This document shows, in pieces, positions 53,245 to 64,000 of a DNA stretch of 64,000 nucleotides. Position numbers and translations under genes: made by a program. The stretch is from Eledone cirrhosa (Eukaryota), in NCBI GenBank assembly GCA_964016885.1, contig OZ024744.1, forward strand, positions 81,468,001-81,532,000. The letters are read 5' to 3'. Under the pieces are notes generated by a model that was given only the letters and a program-made list of their open reading frames with translations, ran no database searches and was not told the DNA's origin. Each line of letters starts with the position of its first letter. Within the stretch, counting starts at the first letter, position 1.

Positions 53245-54870
53245 ATTTCCCTCCCGCCCACCCCCTCACACCACCATAGCCTATTCGACCAATCAACCCT
53301 CAGCATGTCCCCCGCCCCACCCATTACCAACCTCAACAAACTCTGCCATTACTACTACTACCTACCTCTCTCCTCACCCGTCCCAGCCCCAACAAACCCT
53401 GCCATTATTACCACTACCACTGTTCTTCTAGCCCTGAATTCTCCTACCATTATGTATGGATGCACTGAGAATAAATGAAGCCACTCCAAATTAATAAATG
53501 AAAATGAATATGAATCTGCGAGTTACCAAGCACCCATGCAAAGCTTTAATTCAGAGACAAGAAGCATACACAAACCCCTGCAAAAATTTACCCTTTCCCA
53601 CGAATGTTGACAACTGCCCAAAACTCCGAGTTGGTACCATCAATGTAAGCACAATGAAAGGAAGAGCAGGAGAAATCATAGAGATGCTAGAGCAAAAGGA
53701 AATTTATGTATGCTGTGTGCAAGAGACTAGATGGAGAGGAGAGTCTGCTAGAGTCCTTGTAGGCAAAAGGCAGTGCTACAAATTTTTCTGGGTGGGAAAT
53801 GACGATGGGATGGGTGGTGTAGGTATACTACTAGCTGACAAGTGGGTAGATAAGGTAATCTAAGTAAACGGTGAATGCAAGAATCATTAAACTCAGACTA
53901 GTCCTGAATAAAACAATTACCACCATCGGGGTTGCCAGACGAACTTAAAGATAGGTTTTACGAGTCCCTAATGCACACTACTGCTCTAACAAACGACAAT
54001 GACTTCCTAATCATTGCAGATTTTAACGGACACGTAGGTAAACACCGTGACGGTTTCTATAGAGTCCATGGAGGCCATGGGGTTGGCATATGGGGAAGGC
54101 TTCAGGCTTCTAGAATTCTGTGACGCCAATGACATGTCAATATGTAATACAAACTTAGAGTTCCGTCCCTTTACGATCTGAGTTCAAATCACGCCGAGGT
54201 TAACTTTGCTTTCATCCTTACGGGGTCGATAAAATAAAGTACCAGTAATGTACTGGGTTATTACTGGCCTTGTGCCAAAAGTAGAAACAATATGTAATAC
54301 AAACTTCAAAAAACCCAACAACCACCTGATCACCTATAGATCAGGGGAGCATTCTAGTCAAATATATTTTATCCTTATCAGGAGATGAGCTAGATGGACG
54401 ATTGTAAACACAAAAGCCTTCCCTGGTGAGGAATGTACCTCCCAACATAACTTAGTTGTCAGCGACCTCATCGTCAGAATGAGAGGAACGTGGAAACAGA
54501 AGGCAATTTGGAGAAGAAAGATCTGGAAGCTGAAAGACCCCTCAGTCAGTAACAGATTTAAAGATATCTTACTTGACGCCTGTGTCAGTAAAGAAGAACA
54601 GATACAGACATTCAATATAGAAGAGCACTGGGAGTGCCTAAAAGCGACAGATGAGATTTGTGGATGGATCAAGACCACAGGGAGAAGGAGAGTGACTTGG
54701 TGGTGGAACAATAAGGTAGATGAGGCAATTAAGGCTAAGAGACAGGCATGGAAACAATGATGATAAACGTGCTGAGAAGAAAGCTGTATGGAAGAGCCAT
54801 AATGAAAGATTACTAAATGAGGAGAATGCAATGGCAAAAGTGTACTAACAAAATGACCTGCCATATGATA
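53245..54870 (+). mobile_element. RTE LINE 5' part (endonuclease region), degenerate
   Basis: LRVGTINVSTMKGRAGEIIEML..VCCVQETRW, ADFNGHVG and VTWWWN; interrupted by a SINE. Confidence 0.88.
54157..54287 (+). mobile_element. 5'-truncated Nin-domain SINE inserted in an RTE copy
   Basis: TSD caatatgtaatacaaactt at 54138-54156 and 54288-54306. Confidence 0.85.
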
Positions 54871-54989
54871 GGTAATACTCTAATTTTAATTACTTTAATA
54901 CCAAACTACCTGAAACTACCCCTGGTGCTATGATACAAATCTGTTTTAATATGTTTATATATATATATATATATATATCTAGGGTGGGT

Positions 54990-55380
54990 AAAATTCCCAA
55001 GATCCATGTCCGAGTTCTCTCCAGCAGTCTCTGTCCTTCATCATTGCTGCCATGTCCTGTGTCTCCTACAGACCAGTGTCTGTCCTTAGGACATCAATAG
55101 ATGATATTCTTAGTCTCCCTCTTCTAGTGTGACTATGTATGGGTTCCCACAGGACCACTGAGTGCAATATCAATGTTGGTGAGCATGTCTAGCTAACCTC
55201 AGTCTCCTCTGTGCAACTTTTGATCTGACTTCTGGGAGGCTCCCATACAGCTCTGAGGTTTTCATCGTCAGTGCATACTGATTGATGTTCAAAGTTATCC
55301 TCAGCATTCTCGTGTAGCACCCATCCACCATCTGAGTGAATTTCTTGGTCAGTGTCAAAGTCTCAGACCCGTACAGCATG
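54990..55380 (-). mobile_element. LINE 3' fragment (RT C-terminal region)
   Basis: LYGSETLTLTKKFTQMVDGCYTRMLRITLNI...RRLRLARH. Confidence 0.75.
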
Positions 55381-55723
55381 AATGATCTGAGAGAGAAGAA
55401 ACTGAGTATAAGAGGAATCAGATGTTGTGTACAGGAAAAAAGATTATCCTGGTATGGACATGTGATGCACATGAATGATGATTGCTTGGTGAAAAGTGCT
55501 AATAAATGCCATTGGGAGGAAGTGACAATAGTAGAAGACCAAGAAAAACGTGAGTGGAAGTGGTTGAGAGTTGGTCTCAAATTGCTGAAGCTCACAGTAG
55601 GAGAGGAGAAAGGCCGTGCTGAAAATGACCCAAACAACCCATGCAAGCATGGAAAAGCAGATGTAAAATGATGGTGATGTTGATATATATATACGTATAT
55701 ATATATATATATATATATATATT

Positions 55724-57670
55724 GGTCCTCGTGAGAGTGGAGTTTCACCTGGACTGTCCTCGGATGGCAATACTCTGTTGATGGAAAAGTCGGAAATTTT
55801 ACTCCGCGGGAAGGAGCATTTTCAATCTGTCTTGAACAATGCATCCATCATCAACGAAGATGTTATAGCCTCTATCCGCCAGTGCCCTGAGATACCACAA
55901 CTGAAGCTTGGGCCCTCTCTTGACGAAGTGAGAACATCTATTAGCCAGATATCATCTGGTAAGGCACCAGGCAAAGATGGTATTCTTCCAGAGATCTATA
56001 AGTATGGTGGTGAAAAGCTGGTAAAAAAACTCCATGATCTTTTTCACGTTATTTGGAATAAAGGTTCTGTGCCTCAGGATTTCAAGGATGCATCCATTCA
56101 ACACCTTTTCAAAAACAAAGGCATGAGAGTTGTTTGTGACAACTGGCGGAGCATATCATTGCTTAATATTGCTGGCAAAATCCTCGTACGACTTATTCTG
56201 AACAGAATCATTGAGTACGTTGTCAATGACATCTACCCAGGATCAGAGTGGTTTTAGGTAGGGTTGAGGTACAATTGACATGATCTTTGCCCTGCATCAG
56301 GTTGCCGAAAAAGTTCGCGAGAAAAACCAAGAGCAGTACATGGTTTTTGTAGACCTTACCAAGGCTTTCAATACAGTGAATAGAACAGCTCTCTAGGATG
56401 CTCTTAAGGAACTAGGTATACCTGACGAAATGCTCAACATCATCATTTCTTTCCACGAGGGGATGAAAGCTGCGGTTCAATCTGATGAAGGGATCTCAGA
56501 TTCTTTTGATGTCACCAATGGTACAAAGCAGGGTTGTGTGATGGCTCCTGTGCTATTTGCCCTTTTCTTTTCTGTCATGCTTAAATATGCCTTCAACAAC
56601 TGTGATAAAGGTGTAAACTTTCAATTTCGCACTACAGGAGGCCTGTCAACCACCAGCGTTTCAAAGTAAAAGCATTCCTCCGAACTGATATCATCCATGA
56701 TCTCCTCTTTGATGCTGCAATTGTCGCAACTTCATTCGAAGATGCTCAGGATTTGGTCAATCATTTTTCTGCTGCATGCAAAGCCTTCGGCTTAACTATC
56801 AGCATTAAGAAAAATAAGGTCATACATCAACCTCCCCTTTCTCTGAACACCATAAGACGTGTGAAGCAGAAACCACTAGTTCATGGAATTCCACCTAACA
56901 GAATCATGGTAAAGGACAAGCAACTCAAATATGTTGATAATTTCACATACTTAGGAAGCAAGGTGAACCGCAGTGCTTCCCTTGACGACGAACTCACCAA
57001 CTGCATCTCCAAAGCTTCCTCTGCGTTTGGTAAACTCATTTTTGGAATGAAAGGGGTGTAAAACTAAATACGAAAGTGCAAGTGTATAAGGCAGTTCTCA
57101 CCACTTTGTTTTATGGATCAGAATCCTGGACATCTGTGGTCATGTACAAGAAGATAAAATCTCCAACGCCGATATCCTAACCAAATGCAACATTGGGGGA
57201 ATTGAAACTTTCCTTATGCAATCTCAGCTTCATTGGGCTGGCCATGTCATCCGCATGAGTGACGACAGAATTCCAAAAGTCCTCATGTATGGTCAGCTTA
57301 GCAGCGGCAACAGAAAGGTTGGTAGACCATGGTTACGATATAAGGATAAGTTGAAATCAAATCTCACTGCTCTGGCAATCCCTTTCTGTGATTGTTAATA
57401 AATTACTGCTGACAGAAAGGACTGGAGAGAAAGGTGCCATAGTGCGATGAAGAGCTTTGAATCCAGTTGCATAGAGAAATTGGATGTTGACTGAACAGGG
57501 ACGAAGCAATGGGCCTTGATACCTGCAAGACTCTCCATAAACTCTAGCTCTTGTGACCTATGTGACTTGGGTCACTAGCGGGATTGAAATGTCACATGAG
57601 ACACCGCCATCCAGAGAGCTGAACTTTTGTTGGACACTCATACGTCGGATATCAACGGGAGAGTCCATCA
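55724..57670 (+). mobile_element. RTE/BovB-type LINE of a second family, degenerate
   Basis: GKAPGKDGILPEIYK, GTKQGCVMAPVLFALFF, FTYLGS and QLHWAGHVIRM; no PHD insert. Confidence 0.9.
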
Positions 57671-58497
57671 TATATATATCAACATCATCGTGTAGGTAAC
57701 ATGGTAAAAAGTTCCCAGTCCACACTAAATGTGGTTGGTGTTAGGAAGGGCATCCAGCCGTAGAAAACCTGCCAGATAGTCCTATATGAGCGAGACACGG
57801 TCACCCAACCAACCTTGCCTCAAGTGGGACAACTCCCATCTAACCCATGCTAGCGTGGAAGATGGACGTTAAATGATGATCATCATCACCATTAAATAAA
57901 TTATATATATATTGTTTAAAAATTTATATAGAAATGACTGCTACGGGACTAGAACCTAGAAGTGTTTCATTCCTGGTGATTTCATATGAATGAAAAAGTT
58001 CTAGTCCTGTAGAAGTCATTTCTTTATAAAATAAAACATGCCTATACTCTACCAATGTATAGAGTACCTTCTTAACTATGGTTACCTCCGAAACAACTCT
58101 GCTATTTACATATATATATACATATTTAGGGATTGTAACGTCCAGTTACTATAGGTTCACCAGAGTAAGCACTCAATGCATAGTTTCCAGTAGCTATACT
58201 GGTGTTGTACTAAGCAGAATATAATACTACTAATAATAAAAAGGGCAAAGTGTTAGATCTTCATTACATTTATTGAGGTGTGACGCATATTTCGCGATTG
58301 ATCAGCTCAAGGCTCGATCTGTATCAATCTGGCCCACTGCTGGAACCAAAAGCTCGTTATAGTAATGACAAAATAATTAACTTTTGAAAAAGTATATAAC
58401 AATTCTCATTCATTTATGGTGGTCAGTTTTACTTCATTTTGATTAGTATTTTTTTTTATAGAAGAAATGTTTGGGTATGTGGGATAGGTGTGGGGAA

Positions 58498-58592
58498 GAA
58501 TTATTAGGAAGAGGTTGGTTGAAGGGGGTGAATTATTAGGAAGAGGGGGTTGAAGGGGGTGAATTATTAGGAAGAGGGGGTTGAAGGGGGTG
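58498..58592. repeat. ~31-bp G-rich tandem repeat, 3 copies
   Basis: GAATTATTAGGAAGAGGGGGTTGAAGGGGGT units. Confidence 0.85.
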
Positions 58593-58989
58593 AAAGAGAG
58601 ATGGTGGGGTACATCACTTGGTAGAGGTGGTGATGAGGTGGTGTTTTGGCTGGTTCCTAGACACTGGCGTTTCTATAGGGGATGTGAGAGTGCTGGGGGT
58701 GAGATTGCAGAGAAGATGCAATAGCTTGAGGTACAGGAGATGGAGGGATGCAATAGCGGAACAGAAAGGGTGGGGTTTGTGGTGGTCAGATAGGTAGTAT
58801 AAAGAAAAAAAGGAAAAATAAGAATAAAATGTATTAGTATGTATGTGTGTGTGTGTCTGTGTAAACCATAATCCAACAGCTTAAAGAGATCGGTAGTTAA
58901 AGTGAAGTCTTGTCTAGTAAGATCAACCATATATATATCCACGCATGACAATAATGGATTAGGACAATGGGATTGATGAGTTAATAACT

Positions 58990-61800
58990 GTATACAACAA
59001 CTTCAACGGTACGCGATGGGGCCCACCCACAGCGCCGGCAGACAGAATGCAGAAGGCGTTTCCCCGGAGGACGGTAAGAGAGACGTGCTGGAAAAGCCAC
59101 TCCAACTGGCGGGGCTCACACCTGTGGCTGGCCAACTCAGTGCCTATGGTGGTGAGTAAGGAGGTAGCCCTGGGGCCGAGGACACCAGAAGTCTCCACTG
59201 CCAGGGGTACGACCGCAAACCTGTCGGAAAGCGACCGGCATTTGAGGAGTTTGGCCCCCTCAGCCCGACGTGCAGCAGAACCTGGGTCAGTCGCAGACTG
59301 CACCAGGTTGCGGCTGCAGAAAGTGTCGGTGCAAGTGGCATCCCAGATGAGGGGTTTGCCACCGTGGAACGGGAAGATGGTGTTGCCATCTGGCCTTTTG
59401 CTGTCCCTTCGATCCAGCCCCACCGGTTCGAGCTGGGAAGGGAAGTCTGCAGCGTCCAAGCCATGCTTAATGACCTCGTTGAGGGCAGTATGGCGTGGAA
59501 TGCAGCCGGCACTGTGGCGACAGGAAAGCGGGTGGAGGCCGAAAGGCTCCACGGTAGAACTGCAGCGACATTGGTGTGGCTGGCAGATCCGGAGGCCGAG
59601 CCTCAGGGAAACGCCGATGCGCAGGCTATGGTTGTCTAGCTGCATGCCAGTGGAGAAGGACATGGAGCCAGGAACCACTGTGGGGTTTGGAGGCCGCACG
59701 AAAACAAACAAGGCGGTGCTGGTCGAGCTGGCGCGTGAGCCTGTCTGAGGCCAGGCTGCACTGGATGGTATCCCAAGTGCGTTGAGGGGACTTGACGTTA
59801 ACAGGGGGGAGAAGGAGGAGGGACGTCTACTGGGCTAAGTCCCAGCCGGTCCCACATCTCACAGGCGGCCTCACATTCTGCTGACGAGGACATGGCACAA
59901 GGTTACCGACAAAAGATACGCCGGCAAAGCTAGTGAGATCGGGGACCGGAGACCAAGGCCGCCATATCTGACAGGTAAAGTGGCCTGTTGCCACCCTATG
60001 TCGTCAAACTTGACATTGCATATCTCTTCAGCTGCTGCTCGGAAACAAGTATCGAGATCAGCAAGGAGAGATGTCTGGGTGTAGCACGGAGCGCTGTGGA
60101 GTGTATAGAGGAGCTTCGGCATGGCGAAGCAGTTCCTCAGCAGAAAGAGAGCGAGGTGGCCGTCAATCAATCCCAGTCGGCTCGTGAGAGTCTGGAGCTG
60201 TTGAAGCCTGGACCTGATGGAGGAGCGGATGGCCAGCGGGTGGATTGATGACCCGAGGATGAGGACATCCTCTTTGGGGGTCACCTGAACCTGGCGGAGA
60301 ATGGACCGCACATCCAAGACGGAGACTGCAAAGCTCGCAGCATCGAGGCTGACGTTCACCGCCTCCGACTTGGCCGAGTTGACCTGGAGGCCGATTCTCG
60401 CCAGAGCAGAACCACCAATTGAAGGTCATGGCAGACTGTCTGTACGGGCCCACCCAACGTAGCATCATCCAGATACCAAACGTTGAGAAGGGCCGTGATA
60501 CTCCAGGCGATGTGGTCAATACCAAGGGCAAACGGGAGGTGTCCCAAAGGGTCGCCCTGTTGGACCCCAGTAGCCGAGGGTATGACCGTATCAGCAGCAA
60601 GGAGCATGCTCCATATGACAGGTAGGCCAGCGGGTAGGCAGAGGGGGCTCGGCTGAGGCAGGCCTCGAGCAGATGATCCCGGCGTAGAGAGTTGAAGGCA
60701 TTCCTCATGTCAAGCTTGATAATGAGGTGCCTGGATTCCCTGCATGCCGGTTCCAATGGGCAGCTGTTGAAGAACTGCCTGATTGCATGAGCGGCCCCCT
60801 CACAGCCACCAGACACGCCGACACCCAATTGCACCGGACTAAACTCCTCACCCAGTTCGTGTGTTATGGACTTGCAGATCAACTTGGCAGCCAGCCTCCG
60901 GAAGACATTGCCCATAGCAATGGGGTGTATGCCACCTCCTTCCTGAGAGCGGTGAGGCTGGCCGAAAAAAAGAGGCCTCGGGCGTAAGGGTCCAGGGCAC
61001 CATGAATGACCCTATTGGTGAGCGCCACAATTGCACTCAGAAGGCGGCGCCCGGCCTCAGCGGAGAGGGGGGATGTCAACGCTCTGAGGTGGCCTGGTCG
61101 GAGACCATCAACACCTCCGCAGCTGCTAGCTCGGAAGGACCTGATGGCGGACATGATGAAGCCACAAGGAGCAAGTGGGGTCGGGTGGGGGTATGGGTCT
61201 GAGATCCGTAGGTGGCTCGGGGTGTTTGAGTCACAGAGCAGCCAGGACCTCCTCGGTGGGTTGGGGGACAGTGTCCTCTGAGGCAACAACTCTGACTGCG
61301 GCCGAGGCATCACCCATGATTAGCTTGGCGTTTACCTGGTCACGCAAACGCTTGGTGCAGGCCTCGGGGGGGTGGAGGATAGGGGGTACCTGAGGGTGGG
61401 GTGTGTGGCGTCCCTGGGCACACTTGGAATGGGCTTTCGCCCAAAGGACGAGACATTGGCCTTGACAAAGGCTGCTGCTGACCGGCCGCCCCGGTCAGCG
61501 CCAGAGCTAGGGAGGCCGAAGCTGAGTGGGGCGAAATAGAATAGCCGCTCCCAGTCACTGGCTCGATTGGACTCCAGGGCGCTCCAATCGAGGAAGCGAG
61601 GGCATCGGCCACTGGCACCCGTGCCGCTCTCGGGATCCTGAGTGGGATCTTCCGGAGCCGCCTGAGCCGAGCGATGTTGACCAGCGAGGCTCTGGCGTCA
61701 GGCAAGCTTGCTGTCCCATCTGGTGGTGTGCCAGACGGCCGTGGCTGGGAATACGTGGGGAAGAGGCAGCTCCTGCACCTCCATGCTGCAAGGGCATTGG
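58990..61800 (-). mobile_element. CRE-clade (R2-group, RLE-encoding) non-LTR retrotransposon, near-complete ORF with frameshifts
   Basis: GC-rich. GVDGLRPGHL, KLDMRNAFNSLRRD, GVQQGDPLG, WYLDD and QATLPVRYGGLG; C-terminal CRC..HPLSC zinc knuckle, RH, RPDG..DAT restriction-like endonuclease and QHVSLTVLRGNA. Confidence 0.9.
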
Positions 61801-64000
61801 AAGCTTAATAATGTGAAAGTTACTTATATTCTAAATTCCTTCAAATTCTTTATTTTTAAAATTGTGAAAATTGTAGAAAAATCCTGAGAAATACGATAAC
61901 AAAAAGGTTAAAAATAGTTGACAAACTGTATTTATTATATGAACTATGTGAAAAAAGTCACTTTATAATAAATTTATTTCTTTTATAATAAAATCCTTAT
62001 GAATCTCCTTTTTCCATTTGGCATATAAAATATTATCTGGCTGACAACTGTAAAGAATTACTGGTTAGCACTAAATCTTCAGTTTTTCCTTTCATCTTTG
62101 CTTCCATTGGGTAAAACCCTGCAGTATTACGAGAGAGATAAAATGTGAATATTTTATAGCTGTGAGGAAAAGTACTTTTCGTTTTCTAACTTCCTTTGAT
62201 AGAAAATATGGAATATATGTAGCCAAAATTGTTGAAATAAATGAAATCAAAAAGAACATATTTAAATTATCTACATATGTTTGTAGCAGAGTTATTGTCG
62301 GGCATGTTATGTGAGGACTTAATTTAAAAGGCAGATACAAATTGGTGTCTGGTATTATAGGCACATCTTGCTTGTTATATCCAGTATCACAGCCAAATGG
62401 CTTTATAAGTTTATAGTAGTTTAGTACTGTAAGTAACACAAAAGGATAAAAGTCAAATAAAATTGACGCAGTATCATAAAAAATTCTTTCAAACAGTGGT
62501 GATGAAGATTTCTTGTCTCTTTCAACAAGATATTTATCATCCATCTTTGCAACACGAAAGCTGTTTCCGAAATGATATTTAAAATGACTTCATGACATCA
62601 TAAATATCTGCTGAGGTCATAATGACTTTCTCTATATTGTTCCTTCATCTCTTTATGGATTAGTTTGCTTAATAACATTTTGTATTAGTGAAGAATTTTC
62701 TCTAGCTAACCTATTTGCTGGTGCAAATAAAACTGTTTTTACTAATGTTGCTGTCGATTGTCTAGTGTTTGCTTTGGTTAGTTACTGTAGTCATACATTT
62801 AAAAAAAGGAGTTATGATTGGCTGAGAGAAATGTAGATTAACTAACAGACTCACAGACTAGAACTGATACAACTGTGAATTAGCTAACAGTTCTATTCAT
62901 ATGGTGAATAAAAATATAATTGTAGGGAAAGGGTCACATTTTATTAAATCTTTTTTTATTGTATTTCAATTGATTAATGGAGAATTTTTAGAGATTTACT
63001 AAAATTATTATTTATTTCATTTCTACGATGACAACTTAACATATGATTTTTATATTATTCAACATGTGGTCTTTTTTGAGGTGTTGTTTTTTGGCCAGAT
63101 GCCTTTCCTGGCAGTAACTCTTTTAGTCACTGCTTACGGCATGCAGAGATGTGATGTGCTGCCAGATATGTTAAATGGTTAATTTGAATTTGTACTGGGA
63201 AAAGGAATGACTGGTAATTTTTATTGTAAAGCAGTTACAGAAGTAGAGAGGAAGTATTTGTTTTGGGATTTGTTGATCTGGAGAAAGCTTTCGATAGGGT
63301 TCCATGTAAAATAGTGACACGCTTTAACCCTTAGTATTTAAACTGGCTGTATCTGGCCAGAATTCTCTCACCTCTTTCTGTTCAAACTGGCTGTAACCAG
63401 CCACTCATACTTATGTTAAGGTATTGTTTTCAAAATAAATAATATCAAAATCTCGTAGCTTTGATATTATGTGAACTAATTATTTGAGTTAAAACCTTTA
63501 CCGTGAAAATATAATAGTAAATATAGAGTAGTGTAAATGTTAAAGGGTTAAAAAAGTTAGGAGTGCAGGAATGGTTAGTTACATTAGTGATGACATTGAA
63601 GCAAACATTTGCCTCTTTTGTTACTATATTTCTATTGAGAGATAATTCCTATTGTTTTCAAACCATTTTGAAAATATAATAAAGAATACTTAAAAAGGTT
63701 CTTACATAAAATTATGATAGAAAATCTTTACATAAATATAAACACTTTAAAATAAAGAGGTCAATATCATAGAACCAGGGCTGACTTTAGGTAGTATCAA
63801 AAGGGCTACTATCTTTCTTAGAAATACTTCTGGTTTCTGATTTAGGCACAAGGCCATCAATTTTGGGAGAGGGGGGAAAAAGTCAATTAAATCGACCCCA
63901 ATGCGTGACTGGTACTTTATTTAATGATGCCATCATCATTACAACTATACTTAATTATACTTTGATAAAGTAGAACAGGTGTGTGTATGCATGGTGGTGG

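Noticed and set aside
57924-58029. Hammerhead inside a ~32-bp-arm inverted repeat
   Set aside because: The core reads CTGGTGA and stems I/III do not form; at best a decayed relic.

Overview
AT-rich, repeat-dense eukaryotic DNA with (TA)n/(ATC)n microsatellites, Nin- and Meta-domain tRNA-derived SINEs with RTE tails, and many RTE LINEs. This repeat content is most consistent with an octopod cephalopod genome (inference). The only recognisable host gene is THG1L (tRNA-His guanylyltransferase) on the + strand. It has a probable 5'UTR exon ending at 30225 and five coding exons (35613/35766-48302) with in-phase GT-AG junctions; the terminal exon is not seen and probably lies beyond the window. Mobile elements include six RTE copies (four show a PHD finger inside the RT region), a near-complete CRE-clade RLE retrotransposon, a Penelope element with inverted pLTRs, and Tc1/mariner, hAT and piggyBac-type relics. 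Several Penelope-type minimal hammerhead ribozymes also occur, some sense within THG1L introns. The least explained region is the CpG-rich block at ~26.8-31.0 kb around the THG1L promoter. It holds four co-oriented, diverged ~120-200-nt elements with self-complementary ends and a ~500-nt helix-rich segment that matches no RNA family I can recognise. Splice signals there suggest a divergent non-coding transcript. Element boundaries were read by eye and are approximate.
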